A DNA stretch of 59,367 bases, filler included, from Thelocarpon superellum (GCA_026025795.1; 2 parts of 2 records of this genome joined end to end with filler, not necessarily neighbours in it), one strand, 5' to 3'. Positions 33,571-53,077 are shown, counted from the first letter of the whole stretch. Notes: generated by a model from the sequence alone, not told the origin. Numbers and translations: made by a program.

Positions 33571-35678
33571 ATGCAGCGCAAGCTGCCGCAGGCCGCGACG
33601 CTTCTGATACCATGGCCCACGAGGGTCTCGTCGAGACTGATAGTCCCTCGATGCGCATTCCCGCTGTATCGATCGCGATGGTTCAGCACCGCTCCGGCTC
33701 GGCGGGCACAAGCCTCTCCGCCTGTGTCGGAGCTCGAACGACGCATCGCCGCCATTCCACTTGAACGATACCGCAACTTTTGTATCGTGGCACACGTGGA
33801 CCACGGTAAAAGCACGCTCAGCGATCGCCTGCTCGAGCTCACGGGCACCATTGAGCCCGGCGGGAAGAAGCAGGTCCTCGACAAGCTCGATGTGGAGCGA
33901 GAACGGGGCATTACCGTCAAGGCGCAGACCTGCACGATGATCTACCCGTATCGTGGCCAGGATTATCTTTTGCATCTGGTGGATACTCCGGGGTAGGATG
34001 GGCCATCGCGAGAGTGTGGACACCGCTCGTCTAACGTCTCCTACAGCCACGTCGACTTTCGTGCCGAAGTATCACGCAGCTACGCAAGTTGCGGCGGGGC
34101 GATCATCTTGGTGGATGCCAGCCAGGGTGTGCAGGCGCAGACGGTGGCCAATTTCTACCTTGCCTTTGCACAGGGATTACGCCTCGTGCCGGTCGTGAAC
34201 AAGGTCGATCTTCCCTCGGCCGATGCACCTCGCGCCCTCGAACAGATGCGGACCACGTTTGAGCTCGACCCGGCCAGGGCAGTTCTGGTATCGGCGAAGA
34301 CTGGCCTCAACGTCGAGGCGGTGCTGCCCAACGTCATCGAGCAGATCCCCCCTCCCGTTGGCGACTCGTCACGACCGCTTCGCCTCCTGCTGGTCGACTC
34401 GTGGTACTCCAACTTCAAAGGCGTGATTCTGTTGGTGCGAGTCTTTGATGGCCAGGTCAAAGCCGGCGATCACGTCACGTCCTTTGCGACGGGCCGGAAA
34501 TACTTTGCGGGCGAGGTGGGCATCATGTATCCCGACCAGACGCCGCAGCGGACCCTACGCGCTGGCCAAGTGGGATATATCTACTTTAATCCCGGCATGA
34601 AGCGCAGCCAGGAGGCCAAGGTGGGCGATACCTACACCCATGTTGGCTCGGAGAAGGAGGTCGAGGCCTTGCCGGGATTTGAGGAGCCCAAGCCAATGGT
34701 CTTCGTCGCAGCCTTTCCCGTGGATCAGGGCCACTACCAGCACCTCGAAGACAGCATCCATCAGATCGTGCTCAATGACCGTAGCGTCACGCTGCAGAAG
34801 GAGTCGTCCGAGGCCCTCGGAGCTGGGTGGCGTCTGGGCTTCCTTGGTACCCTACACTGCTCCGTGTTCGAAGACCGTTTACGACAAGAGCACGGGGCGA
34901 GCATCATCATCACGCCGCCCACTGTGCCGTTCAAAGTGCTTTGGCGGGATGGAACGGAGAGCATCATCCAGAACCCGGCCAACTTCCCAGACGCTGACTC
35001 GTCGCACATGCGGGTGACGGAGCTGCAGGAGCCTTATGTCCTCGTGACCATCGCCCTTCCCGAGGAGTATCTTGGCAAGGTGATCGAGCTATGCGAAGCG
35101 AACCGCGGTGAGCAGGAAGAGCTCCAGTTCTTCACCTCGACGCAAGTGATCCTCAAGTACCGGCTTCCCCTCGCTCAGCTCGTCGACGACTTCTTCGGCA
35201 AGCTCAAGAGCGCCACCAAGGGATACGCGAGCCTGGACTACGAGGAGGCCGACTGGCGACGCAGCAACATCGTCAAGCTGCAGCTGCTAGTGAACAAAGT
35301 GCCGGTCGACGCCGTGGCACGCGTCGTGCATACCAGCCAGGTCGAGCATATCGGGCGGCAGTGGGTTAAGAAGTTCATGGAGCACGTCGACCGCCAGATG
35401 TTCGAGGTCATCATCCAGGCCGCGGCGGGCCGGCGCATCGTGGCGCGAGAGACGATCAAGCCCTTCCGGAAGGACGTGCTGCAGAAGCTGCACGCCAGCG
35501 ACATCTCCCGCCGACGCAAGCTGCTCGAGGCGCAGAAGGAGGGACGCAAGAAACTGAAAGGTACAACCCGCAGCCTCGACCGCCAACGAGGATTCCACAG
35601 GCTGACTTGCGGCTCTCTCTAGCCGTCGGCAACATCACCATCGACCAAAAGGCATTTCAAGCCTTTCTTGCCAAATGA
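33571..35678 (+). CDS. GUF1: Mitochondrial translation factor GUF1 (LepA/EF-4)
   Basis: [67 protein letters not shown]. Confidence 0.96.
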
Positions 35679-36216
35679 GAGATCCAGTACGGCGTCAGAC
35701 ACTCGACGCAGCCCTCTCGGTACATAATGACCTGCTCGCTCCTGTATGAATTCCGGTGCTGGCCGTGGATATTCTGGGGTCCTCCGTAGTTGGACTTGTA
35801 GATTGTGGTTGTCTTCGTAGCGGTGAACTTGGAATGAACTTGATGGTGCGTTCGCTTACCCGGGGGAACTATTCCCCATCAGTTAGCGTCGTGCCCCACC
35901 ATGGAGCAAAAGGCGCCTGTAGCAAGCTCTAGAAGAATTTCGGCCTCACAGAGTGAATTGAGTCAGACGCATCAATGTATCGTGCATCCACTGCATCGTT
36001 CAACAGGAAGCGATGACCAAGCCAAGGGATGCATAGTCATGAGGTGCCGAGAGTATCTAAGAACTCTTTACACTCTCCTCGCCGTGCCATATTCACCCCA
36101 CAAGGAGTGACTGAATCTGGCTTGGGCGAACTCATGCTCACCCCACCGCCCACGCCCAAAGTCATGCCCATGTCCACCCTCGACGTCCGATAGCATTTCT
36201 GGCTGGGGCGGAGAAG

Positions 36217-41069
<4,853 letters not shown>

Positions 41070-41749
41070 GTAGAGGAACGGATGGATGGGTGGATGGATG
41101 GATGAAATGAAATATGAATGGACTGATCAATCATTCATCTAAATCACTCTCTTCTTTATCCTACCCTATCCTGCCCTGTCCTGTCCTTCCGTCCTTTCTT
41201 TCTTCTGCTCCTCGCACGGCCAATGTACATAGATAGATCGATACTTCCCACGAAGTAAATCTCTCGTGTCCTTTCCTTCCCTCGTCTTGTTTCATCGCGA
41301 TGCCTTCCACAGTTCCTCCCACCGTGACGCGGGACACGCGCTTTTTTTGGGCCAGACATAAATAAACGTGGATGAGATAAGAGTGGTATGGGGAGACAGA
41401 TGAAGATGTCGAGATGTAGACATGTAGATGTAGAGATGACGAGACGATGATAGGAAGGAGACACATGATGTGTGCATGATGTGTAGAAGGGAGAAAGGGA
41501 AGTCGGGTGATAAGAGGGATGAATAAGGACTTCAAAGAGATTCTGATAAGAGAAACGTCGAGGTCAAGATCATTCCCGAGCTGAAGACCACGCTCAAATA
41601 ATCCCCTCCTTTCCCCACATCACCATCTCACGAACTATCTCTCGACGAATCAATATAAGTGCCAGCGCCAAGCCGTCCCGCCGAGCCCAGTCCTCCCGGT
41701 TCCCAGTACAAGTTCAAGTTCATGACTGACGGTAAGATCCAAATGCACC

Positions 41750-43435
41750 TCACTTCACCTCGTTCACGTCGCTGAATGGGCTCGGGTCACGAGCCGCGTT
41801 GGGTGCTGTCGTCACCGCAGCCCTTGGTTGAGTGACGCCGCCAAGCCCGCCGTGGGTCGGGTTACGACTGGCCCGCCGCGTGGCTTCTTCGATGGCTTGA
41901 CTGACGCTGGTTTCGCCACTCGTTGCGGACTTCGTCGACGTCTCGGCCTGGCTGACGCTGGCGGTTGTGGGAGCCATGTGAGAGGCGGCGGGTAGATTCA
42001 GCTCGGCAGGCTTCTGATTTTGCGGAATCCGAGCAAGGTTACGCGGCGCCGCAATGGCCTTGGTCGTGGACTGATTGTCGCTGAACGGCGACTGTTTCGC
42101 TCGTTCGCTCTCCTCGGTTATCGTGTTCTGAGAGGCGCGCTTCTCCTCTCGCCAGCTCTTCCGTGCGCGGGTTCCGGGCTCTTCGTCCGAGGAGATGTCG
42201 TCGAATACCGACAGATTCTTATCCGTCCGACGTGCTCGCGAGTGTCGAGATGACGAGCTGGCAGTCGTCGCGACGGACATGCGGGGGAGGGTGTCTCGAT
42301 AGGATGAGGCCGTGTACGGATTGTTGAGGTTGGTCTGCTCCGTTGTGGTCGAAAGGATGTTCTTCGATTTGCTCACCATCACCGGTCGCGCGGTCACCGC
42401 CTTAGCCGTGTTTGCGGTGCCGTTCATCAACGTCGATCCGACCGAAAAGGCTGGGCTTGGTGGGGCAAGCAAGTGGTCGGGCGAGGTGGCACCACTGATG
42501 CTCAAGTGGATAGGTCCGTATTTTTCGTGGTTGAGCGCAGGTAGAGGTGGTGTGGGAGGTGGCGTGCTATCAGGGCTGTTCTGGTTGCTCGACTTGACGC
42601 TTACTACCGCCGCCTTGCCACGGATCCCCTTCTGTGGAACCGTGTCGATTACGGCATTGTTGCGGTAGATCGTCGTGGCAACGCTGCTGCGTCCCAGACT
42701 CGGTGCCACACTCGCCCGATGTTTGTCATCGCTCGAATAGGTTGAGGCACGGAGGTCGGGCATGAAGAAGTGCTGGTCTTGGTGTTCCGACGGCGTTGAA
42801 GCAGATGAGTTGGAGTCAGAGCCGAACGGAAGCGGTGGGACTGGGGGGATCAAGACGCCTGGAGTCGAAGGAGGTGATCGGTTCGTGACGCCGGGAATGT
42901 AGGCGATCTGGATAACATTCGAGGCCCGCGTGAATACCGTCGACGCGATTGATCCCACTGTGTGCATGGACGCTCGATCGTCTCGCCTGGACAAAAACTC
43001 AGACGATTTCTCGCGGCTCTCGTGCTCTGCGATCCAGCCATCGTCCTCTTCATACTCAAGCCGCCGAGTCTTGATGCAGTATTTGTAGACCAGGAAGGTG
43101 ATGAGAGCAATCAGGACCACGCCACCGATAACACCTCCGGCAATGGCTCCAGCATTGGGGCCTGACGAGGGAGCTGGGGAGCTCGACGCCCCGGAGCCGG
43201 ATTGCTGAACCTCTGATGCCCCGACGCATGAAGTTGATGGGCATGCTGCGCATGATTGTATCGAGAGCGAGCACGTCTGGCCACTAGGGCACGAGGGGCA
43301 GGAGGGAGCCGTATCGGGGCATTGGACGCATCGTCGAAACAGCGTACGAAGAGTCTCTTCAACATCTGATGTTGTGTCAGCATCAACGATTTCAACTGAG
43401 TCACCGGGAGACCCACAAGAATTGACCCGCGCCAT
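41750..43435 (-). CDS. OPY2: Opy2-type single-pass membrane anchor (HOG pathway)
   Basis: Cys-rich CVQCP..CPSCPSGQTC..SCAACPSTSC, TM segment GAIAGGVIGGVVLIALITFLV, and STVFTRASNVIQIAYIPGV. Confidence 0.85.
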   Translation of the reverse strand: MARVNSCGSPGDSVEIVDADTTSDVEETLRTLFRRCVQCPDTAPSCPSCPSGQTCSLSIQSCAACPSTSCVGASEVQQSGSGASSSPAPSSGPNAGAIAGGVIGGVVLIALITFLVYKYCIKTRRLEYEEDDGWIAEHESREKSSEFLSRRDDRASMHTVGSIASTVFTRASNVIQIAYIPGVTNRSPPSTPGVLIPPVPPLPFGSDSNSSASTPSEHQDQHFFMPDLRASTYSSDDKHRASVAPSLGRSSVATTIYRNNAVIDTVPQKGIRGKAAVVSVKSSNQNSPDSTPPPTPPLPALNHEKYGPIHLSISGATSPDHLLAPPSPAFSVGSTLMNGTANTAKAVTARPVMVSKSKNILSTTTEQTNLNNPYTASSYRDTLPRMSVATTASSSSRHSRARRTDKNLSVFDDISSDEEPGTRARKSWREEKRASQNTITEESERAKQSPFSDNQSTTKAIAAPRNLARIPQNQKPAELNLPAASHMAPTTASVSQAETSTKSATSGETSVSQAIEEATRRASRNPTHGGLGGVTQPRAAVTTAPNAARDPSPFSDVNEVK

Positions 43436-46400
43436 GGTCGATGACGCAGGCGGTGCTCCACCGACGCTGCTTGACAGGTGGAATGGGCGTTAACGGGTAG
43501 ATCGTGCAAACGGCGCAATCATTCGTTCCGTAGCGACGACGAAGAAGCCGTTTGGTGGAGGGTCGTTAAGAGACCAAGGAGCGACGGCCCGACCGGGTGA
43601 AGAGGACGAAGGATGGGAACGTCACTGAGCGAGTGGCACAGTGGAATCTCCTCGACGGAGGGGCGACGAAGGACTAGAATGAGCGACAAATCACACCAGA
43701 TCTCTTCTTCCAGACGACCGTGATACGAAATCGCAGTCGTCTCCGTGACGTGGGATGCGCGACGATGGATGGGCGAGGAGGACGGTCTCGGAAGATTGAG
43801 TGGATCGACAGCCGCCCAATCTAAACTTGGCCCGCACACCGTGGTGGCCGCTAGTCGTCGGTTCGCGCGGTCGGACGGTCGGACGGTCGGCCGGACTGCT
43901 GCGGCTGAGGGATCGTCGACGACACTCCAATGCCAGGAAAATGCAGACGGTAGCAGCGTGGACGGTGGTAGAGAGGCGTGGATGGACGATGGAGGCGAAC
44001 GATGATGCGGGACTCGAGGAGAAGCGAAAGAGAGCGGTCTCTGGTCAACGAACGGTGGGCGAACACAGGGCTGGCAAACACGAGCGCATTTGGCGTCTTG
44101 CTGGACGGGTGGAGAATTAGCCGTTGGAGCAACCCGGCCAGGGGAGAAGTGCAGCACAAGGGCAAGTGAGCAACAGGAATTGCAGACCAGGCCGCGCTCT
44201 AGCCTACTTCCTGGGGGGATCCCTCTCCTTCCCCTTCCCCCAGTCACTCGATCCAATCCTCGTCCCGCATGATTAGCGTGGACGGCGCTGCGCAGCCGCG
44301 TTATAGGAGCCAGGCGAAAGTAAATTACGTGACGACGCTCCCTCCCGAACTGGGTACCCAGGCAGTGAACGGTGACTAGTCCGGGTAATCATGCTCGTGG
44401 TTGTGACACCACTCCTAGGAAATGCGACCTATTCACCGGACGATACGGGCCTACTGGGGAAAGCCGAGCACTCGTAAGTGCGCCCTGGTCACCATCGCAG
44501 CCAGGGACGCCACGATGGACCACATGTCTCTCCACCGCCGTACCATACAGGTACTATGCACTTCTGTTCTTGTACACGTACCCCTTCCACCGCCCACGAA
44601 TCGCAGTAGAACCGCACGATGAATCTTCAGCTCTTGAGCGGTCGCGAGGGAGACAGACAACGTAGCCGCCTTTCTCTGACTCGGGACTTCTTATCCGGTG
44701 CCATGGACCCTCAACGCGTATCCATCATCCCTATCGCTGCGCGCCGCTCTGCTGGGTGTTGACCAAAGGGACATGCATGAGTACGGCGGCCGCACAAGTT
44801 GTAATACTCCTCTAGCGGCGCTCGCTGTCTGGCTTGTCGGACAACATCTGGATGCACGGGAAGTCTCACTCAAAACGACTAGTAAGATGCACACCTAGCC
44901 CCCCCAAGCCTTTTTAGGACAGGCTATGCGATATGAGCCATCACCAGCACGAGGTAGATATTTCCCCGACCCCACCCTTCCCGCTCGCGTCGCTCGGTCG
45001 CTCTCGTAGCTCCTTCGTCCACCAAAGTCGCCCACCCCTTTCTAGGGGGACCCAGTGTTATGCGCACGGCCGCCCAGACCCAACTCTGCGCGGCGGCCTC
45101 CTCGATCGAGAACGGCAGATGCCGGATTGGCTCTCGGCTTTGCGGCATTACCATCTCCATCCCCTCGGCTATGCCACCGTCGAACGTTGAACAACATGGT
45201 CCCAGCGTCAATGGTGGGACTGGTCGCGATGACGACTGGCCACTGGCGATCCGATATGGCCGTCAAAGGGATCTTACATCAACTTGTGAAGTCAACTCTC
45301 CGTAGCGAGCTATCGCTCGATTGTCTCAGCCACCTCAGCATGTGAAGTTGGACACCCGTGAATTTTACTCCTGAACGACCTGTCTCTGCCGTTCACGGCT
45401 CCATCGACGCTCCGAACGTAATACGTATACAGCCACTGAGATGGGTTGGAACAAGAGAAAGATCCTGCCAAGGGTTTGTCCTTGCTGTCATGGTGAGTCC
45501 GAGTCGTCCAGGGCCTGTCACCTTGCCCGTTCGGCCTGTCATCCAGCCCGGTCGCCGCCGTTCCGAGATCCTGGCTATAACTGGCCAGTGTAAGGCTGGC
45601 GCCGTTTCCGCTGTCACTATAGAACTCCAATCCCGCCCATCGCCCGCTGCCCGTTGCGTCCGAAGGACAAATGATTCAGCTGCTCCCGTCTACCTCATTG
45701 ACGATGCAGATCCGGCTGCTAGACGTGGCGGCTCGGGTTCAGTGTTCCAAGATCCGTAATTAAAACGTCCCCTGGACGGGATATTCAGACGAAAAGGTAG
45801 AAGACATGATCAGCAACTGTTCCAAACAGCATGCGCAAAGCGGCGAATGCATATGCATAAAAGCTTCTGGTGAGTTGACCCGGATAGAGTGTATAGATCG
45901 CGGTAGCATTTCAGTTACTTGGTGGTGCCTGCGGCAGAGCACTAGCTGGGTAGACTTGGCGGTGCGATACCAGAGCTAAGTCGTTTAGCGGAGACCGAAC
46001 TGGTTTACAATCGAGGTGGAAGGTTCTGATACAAAAAGAAGTCACCGCCTGGTGAATTCGATCTCTACAGGCTATTCTCCCCTTCTCCGTGGACATCAGA
46101 CCTCCATCACGGCGGTATGATAAAATATGAGGTACCAGGTCTAAATTTTGGTAAACGACTGGACCAGTCGCCTCCGGAGTACTCCTAGTCTGGATGCAGC
46201 GTCGCTTCGGACATGGAGGGCATGGCCATCTCGTGGCACAGAGCCGAGGCGCGTGAATGGTCGTCCCGGAAATTGGTGATGTATGGTAACTTCGGGCATA
46301 TTTAAGCATGGCGACATCTACGTTTAGCCTTGTGTCGCATCGTCAGCGTTTGTCGACGACATCGACAGCTATCAAACTAGAGCTCAGATCGCGGGCGAAT

Positions 46401-47273
46401 TTCGTGTCTAAGGACAAGCAAATCGTTCGCACAGCTAAACATCGCCCGCCCGCTCAGCCGAACGTGGCTCGGGTTTACATAAGCTCTCGCTCAAATAGAC
46501 CTGCACGCCTTCGCCACGGACTAAAATAGATCTTGTGGCTGTACAATCCTTGGGTCCTAAATCATACCGCAGACCGAGGTCTTGCCACTGCCCTCTAAAC
46601 CCGAGGGGACTCGTTGGGCAAGAATAGCGAGTTGAGGAAAGATATGTAGCTCGTAGCTTGGCCGGTCTGATCCTGGAGGCATGCACCGCGTGCCTTGAGC
46701 ATTTGGTGACTCCTTTTCCACGGCGCTGACGCATGGTCAGACGGCGAAACTCCCGGTCCTCGTGTACTTCTCCTCGCACCATACTGAGTCCGTCAGACGA
46801 TCGACTACCGGGACAAACTAACAGACTCCCAGTCCACACGGTCGCTTTCCTCCGCCCGCCGCATTTCAGCTTGACCGCAGAACACAATTCCTTGTCTTCC
46901 CATCTCATTCCGACCCTGACTACTCTTTTCGATCATCTTCTTCCTCCCTTGGTCCACCCGGGTGAACAAGACAAAGGCTCTACCGCTACCACTGGTGACG
47001 CGGTGCCACCAAACGGCTCAGTGCTTGGACCAATTTTGCCGAGCGGGTAGAGTTTCAGAATCATACCCTTCCGTGCCCTCCTGCTCCGTCCAAACAAGTC
47101 ATCCAGCGATCGTCACTGAACGTCCGTCCGCCATCCCTTCACCTCTGCCGCCAGTACCTCCGTCCCGACGAGGTTTGAGGACGCTTGATAGATAGCGTCC
47201 GTTTCTTCGCATCGCGTTTTGGTCGTCTTTTTGGATCTCCTTACACCGGCCTCCGTCAGCGTCAGCGTCAGCC

Positions 47274-50200
47274 ATGGCGTATCGTGGTCCCCCTGTGCCT
47301 CCACCGCACGATGACCGTATGGAGCATCATGACCTGCAAGAGTTGCCTCCGAGCAGCGTAGGTCATTGGAGCCGTATCGCAGATGACGTCGATGCTGACC
47401 CGACGTGTAGTACCACCTCCCACCGCGACACGGGGATCACTCCGACGATGAAGCCGACACCTCCCTGTTGCATCAAGGCCCGTTCACCGGACCTTTTGAC
47501 GAACCCCACTCGCGATCGGGCACCCCTCCGGTCCGACCGACGTCCTCATACAGCCTGACGGAGACGTACATTGGTGACCGTGGACCCACCCAGACGCCGT
47601 ACCATGATCCTTATCGTGGCCAATCCGACACCTACAGCGGAGGCACCCTGCACGATCCCAACGCTGCCTTTGCCCCTGAGCGCATCAACACTCCGTACGA
47701 GCGAAGCGATACCAGCTCAACCGAGGCGTGGCGTCAGCGACAGGCTCCGGCCACCAATGGCCTCCGACGGTACGCCACGCGGAAGGTCAAGCTGGTTCAA
47801 GGCTCCGTCCTCAGCGTTGACTATCCCGTGCCGAGCGCCATTGGCAATGCAGTGCAAGCCAAGTATCGCAATGATTTAGAGGGCGGTAGCGAGGAGTTCA
47901 CGCACATGAGATGTAAGTTTGAACGGCGAGACGCCACGTGCCGGAGACCAGACGATCTAATACCCATGTCAGATACGGCGGCGACCTGCGATCCTAATGA
48001 ATTTACGCTGAAAAACGGCTACAATCTCCGCCCGGCCATGTACAACCGTCACACCGAGCTGCTCATCGCCATCACCTACTACAACGAGGACAAGCAGCTG
48101 ACGGCGCGTACCCTCCATGGGGTAATGCAAAATATCCGCGACATTGTCAATATCAAGAAGACGGAGTTCTGGGACAAAGGCGGGCCCGCCTGGCAGAAAA
48201 TTGTGGTGTGCCTGGTGTTTGATGGCATCGATCCGTGTGACAAAGATACTCTCGACGTTCTCGCCACCATCGGCGTCTACCAAGACGGCGTCATGAAGAA
48301 GGACGTCGATGGCAAGGAGACGGTCGCTCATGTGGTAAGCTCCCTGCTCCCCCAATCCCAGGCCTGATGGAGAAATTGGACCGCCTATCGGATCCGACGC
48401 TTACATCTGTACCAGTTCGAGTACACCTCCCAGCTGTCCGTAACTGCCAACCAGCAACTCATTCGCCCCCACGACGATGGCCCGACTACTCTCCCACCCG
48501 TCCAGATGATTTTCTGTCTGAAGCAGAAGAACAGCAAGAAGATCAATTCCCATCGCTGGCTCTTCAACGCCTTCGGTCGCATTCTCAATCCGGAGATCTG
48601 CATTTTGCTTGATGCCGGCACCAAGCCTGGCCCCAAGTCGCTCTTGGCCCTCTGGGAGGCCTTCTACAACAACAAGGATCTCGGCGGCGCTTGCGGTGAG
48701 ATCCATGCCATGCTGGGTCGGGGTTGGCGCAATCTCTTGAACCCACTGGTGGCTTCACAGAATTTCGAGTACAAGATCAGCAACATCCTCGACAAGCCGC
48801 TCGAGAGTTCCTTTGGATACGTCAGTGTCTTGCCAGGTGCCTTCTCGGCCTATCGCTTCCGCGCCATCATGGGTCGGCCGCTGGAGCAATACTTCCACGG
48901 TGACCACACGCTCTCCAAGCAGCTAGGCAAGAAAGGGATCGAAGGCATGAACATCTTCAAGAAGAACATGTTCTTGGCCGAAGATCGCATTCTGTGTTTC
49001 GAGCTGGTGGCCAAGGCCGGGTCCAAGTGGCTCCTGACCTACGTCAAGGCGTCCAAGGGCGAAACCGACGTGCCCGAGGGCGCGCCCGAGTTCATCTCGC
49101 AGCGACGACGCTGGCTCAACGGTTCCTTCGCCGCGAGTATCTATTCCCTGATGCATTTCGGTCGCATGTACCACAGCGGGCACAATTTCGTGCGCATGTT
49201 CTTCCTTCACGTTCAGATGTTCTACAACATCGCCACTGTCATCTTGTCATGGTTTGCCCTGGGTAAGTAGCCCGTCGGGGCGGATCGCGAGACCCCGGGG
49301 TGGGCAGATGCTGACCGCGCCTAGCCTCCTTCTGGTTGACGACGACGGTCATCATGGACTTGACCGGCACACCGAGCGATCAGAATAATCAGACGGCCTT
49401 CCCCTTTGGCCCGGAGGCCACGCCCATCGTCAACACTATCTTGAAGTACATCTATCTTGCCTTCCTCGTGCTCCAGTTTGTGCTGGCGCTGGGTAATCGG
49501 CCCAAAGGGTAAGCGTACTGCATTTCGAGGATGAGGGGCGCACGCTGACAGGCACGTTAGATCACGATGGACCTATATCATCTCCTTCATCGTCTTTGGC
49601 CTGATCCAGCTCTATCTGATCGTCTTGTCCATGTTCCTCGTGGTCCGGGCCTTCACCAGCCCGACGACGGAGAAGATTGATACCAGTTCACCGGGGGGCT
49701 TTGCCAAGTCCTTCTTCTCGTCAACGAGCTCGGGCATCATCATCATCGCCATCGCGGCGACGTTTGGCTTGTACTTTGTTGCGTCCTTCATGTACCTGGA
49801 CCCGTGGCACATGTTCACGTCCTTCCCACAGTATCTCCTGGTCATGTCGTCCTACGTCAACATCCTCAACGTGTACGCCTTCAGCAATTGGCACGATGTG
49901 TCATGGGGCACCAAGGGGGCGGACAAGGCCGACGCCTTACCGTCGGCAAATACCACGAAGGCGGGAGATGGTAAGGTGGCGGTCATCGAGGAGCCGGACA
50001 TGCCGCAGGTGGATATCGACAACCAATTTGAGATCACGGTGAAACGCGCCCTAACGCCCTTCGTGGCGGAGAATCAGGTGGAGAAAAAGACATTGGAGGA
50101 TTCGTACAAGAGTTTCCGCACGAAACTGGTCATCTCGTGGATCTTCTCCAACGCGTTGCTGATCATCGTCATCACGAGCGACAACTTCGACCAATTCGGA

Positions 50201-50433
50201 TTCACGGTATGTTGGTTCCGCCAACCCTGGCATGCCCGAGCCGCTTGGATGTACGTGGCGCTGACTGCTTTCGTGCACAGCAAACGGAAGGAGAGAAGAC
50301 CGCGCAGGACCGCACCGCGCAATTCTTCCGCGCGCTCCTTTGGGCCACAGCCATCTTGGCGCTAGTTCGATTCACTGGATGTTGTTGGTTCCTCGGTCGC
50401 TCGGGCATGCGTGCGTGTTTCGTCCGCCGCTGA
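47274..50433 (+). CDS. Chitin synthase, class III (ChsB/ChsG type)
   Basis: [70 protein letters not shown]-terminal TM helices. Confidence 0.95.
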
Positions 50434-51153
50434 AAATCAAATGGAGGGCAACATACGTCGGATTACGCCCGCGCTGGTGACAGCATGGTTGGCGGTGGAT
50501 GCGGGTCGGAACCTCGACAGCCAGAGAGGAACGGGGCGTCGACCATGGTATCCCAAATCGAACTCAGGGAGACGCGTGGGTCTCACGGCGAAGGGTGGTT
50601 GGATTCCCGTGAGGAGCTGCTCCAGGATCGTGTTTTAGTCTACTATATTCCTCCTCCTTTGAGCCGTCTCGATTTGCGTGAGGTCGCAGTTGGCGCTGTC
50701 CGATTCTTTTGCCAATGAAATGATCGTGCGCATCGTATGCAGGCAAAGGGTGGGAAACATCCAATAATTTGTGCACCAGAACGTGTTATGACACAACGTC
50801 ATGAGTATGTCCCAACCCAAACGAGGTCGATGCGTGCGAGTGAGGCTCGTGACTACGTTGCAGACATACACATGGGGGGGCGGAGACGAGGATTCGCCTC
50901 CGTCGGCTCGCAACGTCACCTATCGCCGAACGGCATCTGTCGATCCACCACCTCATCATGTTTGCAGCGTAATCCATGCCGCGCACGCCGAGAGCCGATA
51001 GCGCGTGCAGACCAGGTCAAGCTTCGGGCGTCTTCACAGTCTTTAGAAGCCGCCGAATATATCCCACATTCGCCGATCTATAAGCCATCATCGACCGAGT
51101 CTCATCTTCCCTCGACTTCCTTGCCGCCACGTGGCCGGGTGGCGTCACTCAAG

Positions 51154-51955
51154 ATGCTCAAGATCTGGTCGATGGCAAGTGGCTCCAGTACTCTCTCCGC
51201 CGCCATGGGCGCTGTCATGTTCACTTCCACTGATGCCGGCCGCAGAAGAAGGAGCAAGCGGCTGCCGCCTCGGCCGAGGGCGGGGCCCAGCGGAAGAAGA
51301 AGGTCACGGCGGCACAGCTTCGGGTGCAAAAAGGTCGGTTTCGCTGCCGGCGCGCCTCAAGATCGCGGTGCTCCGGGGCCGTGGCGTCTCGCCTTGGACG
51401 CCCCTCGGAGGCTGACACGGCCACCCTTTCCAGATCTCTCAGAGCTGTCGCTCGGCTCGACGATGAAGACCGACTTCCCGAACCCTGACGATATCCTCAA
51501 CTTCACCCTCACGATCGATCCTGACGAGGGCATGTACAAGGGGGGATCGTTCAACTTCAGCTTCGCCATCAACCAAAACTTCCCGCATGACCCGCCCAAG
51601 GTAAAGTGCACGCAGAAGATCTACCATCCAAACATTGACCTCGAGGGCAATGTATGCTTAAACATCCTACGAGAGGATTGGAAGCCGGTGCTCAACCTCA
51701 ATGCCGTCATCGTGGGTCTTCAGGTTAGTCACACGCCTACGAGCACGCCCCCTCTCATGCTGGATGGCCACGGTGCACATGCGGCTAACCCTCGAGTACT
51801 AGTTCCTATTCCTCGAGCCAAACGCCTCGGACCCCTTGAACAAGGAGGCGGCTGAAGACCTCCGGTCGAACCGAGACGGCTTCAAGCGGAACGTACGGGT
51901 GGCCATGGGTGGGGGATACGTGAAGGGCTCGTTGTTTGAACGCGTCCTGCAATGA
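51154..51955 (+). CDS. UBC12: NEDD8-conjugating enzyme
   Basis: [72 protein letters not shown]. Confidence 0.95.
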
Positions 51956-53077
51956 GTCTTGACGCACCCTCCCCCCCTTTGGACCCGCTTTGGCGTCTGG
52001 CCCAGAATGACGACGGAGATGATATCGCCCACGTACTTTCCTCCTCATCGTGCTCAGTGACTTGTGCGACGCATGCGCGTGGGATCATGGACTCTTGACA
52101 GTAGTTGTATCGGGGCATCTGCGTGCGATGGCTTTGAGTCTCCAATCAAGCCTATCCGCCTGGTATATGTCAAGCTAGACCTACGTTCCGCTCGTGACGA
52201 GCACAGTCCGGCCGGATTCGTGCGTGCCCATCCCAGGTCTCCGGCGGTATCAGGTCGTGAAGGTACGGCCCTCCACATATACCCTGAGACCGTTTGAAGC
52301 GTTGCAGACGTTTGGGGCTGAGCACCAAACTATGACGCTGGAGCTGTCTCGGCTGCGTGGAACGACGGAGCTTCTTTATGCGGCGGGGAAGTGTCGCAAA
52401 CGATGTAATCGCTTGACGCTGGCATGATCGATCGGCCGCCGATCCCCTCCAGCCCTCATGCATGCCCGAGTCTGGCCAACGAAACATACGGTCAGAGGAC
52501 CCCACTTTCCTCATCACCTCTCGCTACATGGCAAGTGACCGAGTTGGCCGTGCCCCTTTACAGCAGGCATGGATGGCCTGCCATGGTGGAAGCAGACCTC
52601 TCGTGGGCCAGCCGCTCGGCGCCATGGCGGCACAAATGGATGGCACTGCCTGCCCACCCATGGCGTCTCCAGGGCGCCAGGCTCCAGATGGACGAAACAC
52701 AACGTCTCTCGTGCTTGCACGAATCCAGGTGTCCCACCGTAGCCGCATGAATTCCGGACACGCCGCGACAGATTGGAGCGTGCTGTGAATGGACAATCAT
52801 CGGCGGTCTCGCGGACGGAAACGCTAGCCACTCTCCGATGGCCCATGGACAGTGGCATGGGCGAACCCTCTCGTCCTCCCGCTCGGATCGACGGCATAAG
52901 GTCGATCAGTAACGGCTCTCTCAGACTCAGCCTTCGACATGGCAGACCATGGCCATTTATATTCCTGCCTTTCCTGCCTCGGCCGTCGTATCGTGGTGGG
53001 CCGCTTGTTGGCATTTCGTCCTAATGCGGTGACATCAGATCTCAGTCTTCTTTTCATCAATAATCCGACATCCAACG

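Noticed and set aside
43519..47270. Many short ORFs in the long OPY2-chitin synthase intergenic region
   Set aside because: No recognisable protein or RNA gene; consistent with long divergent promoters and 5' UTRs.
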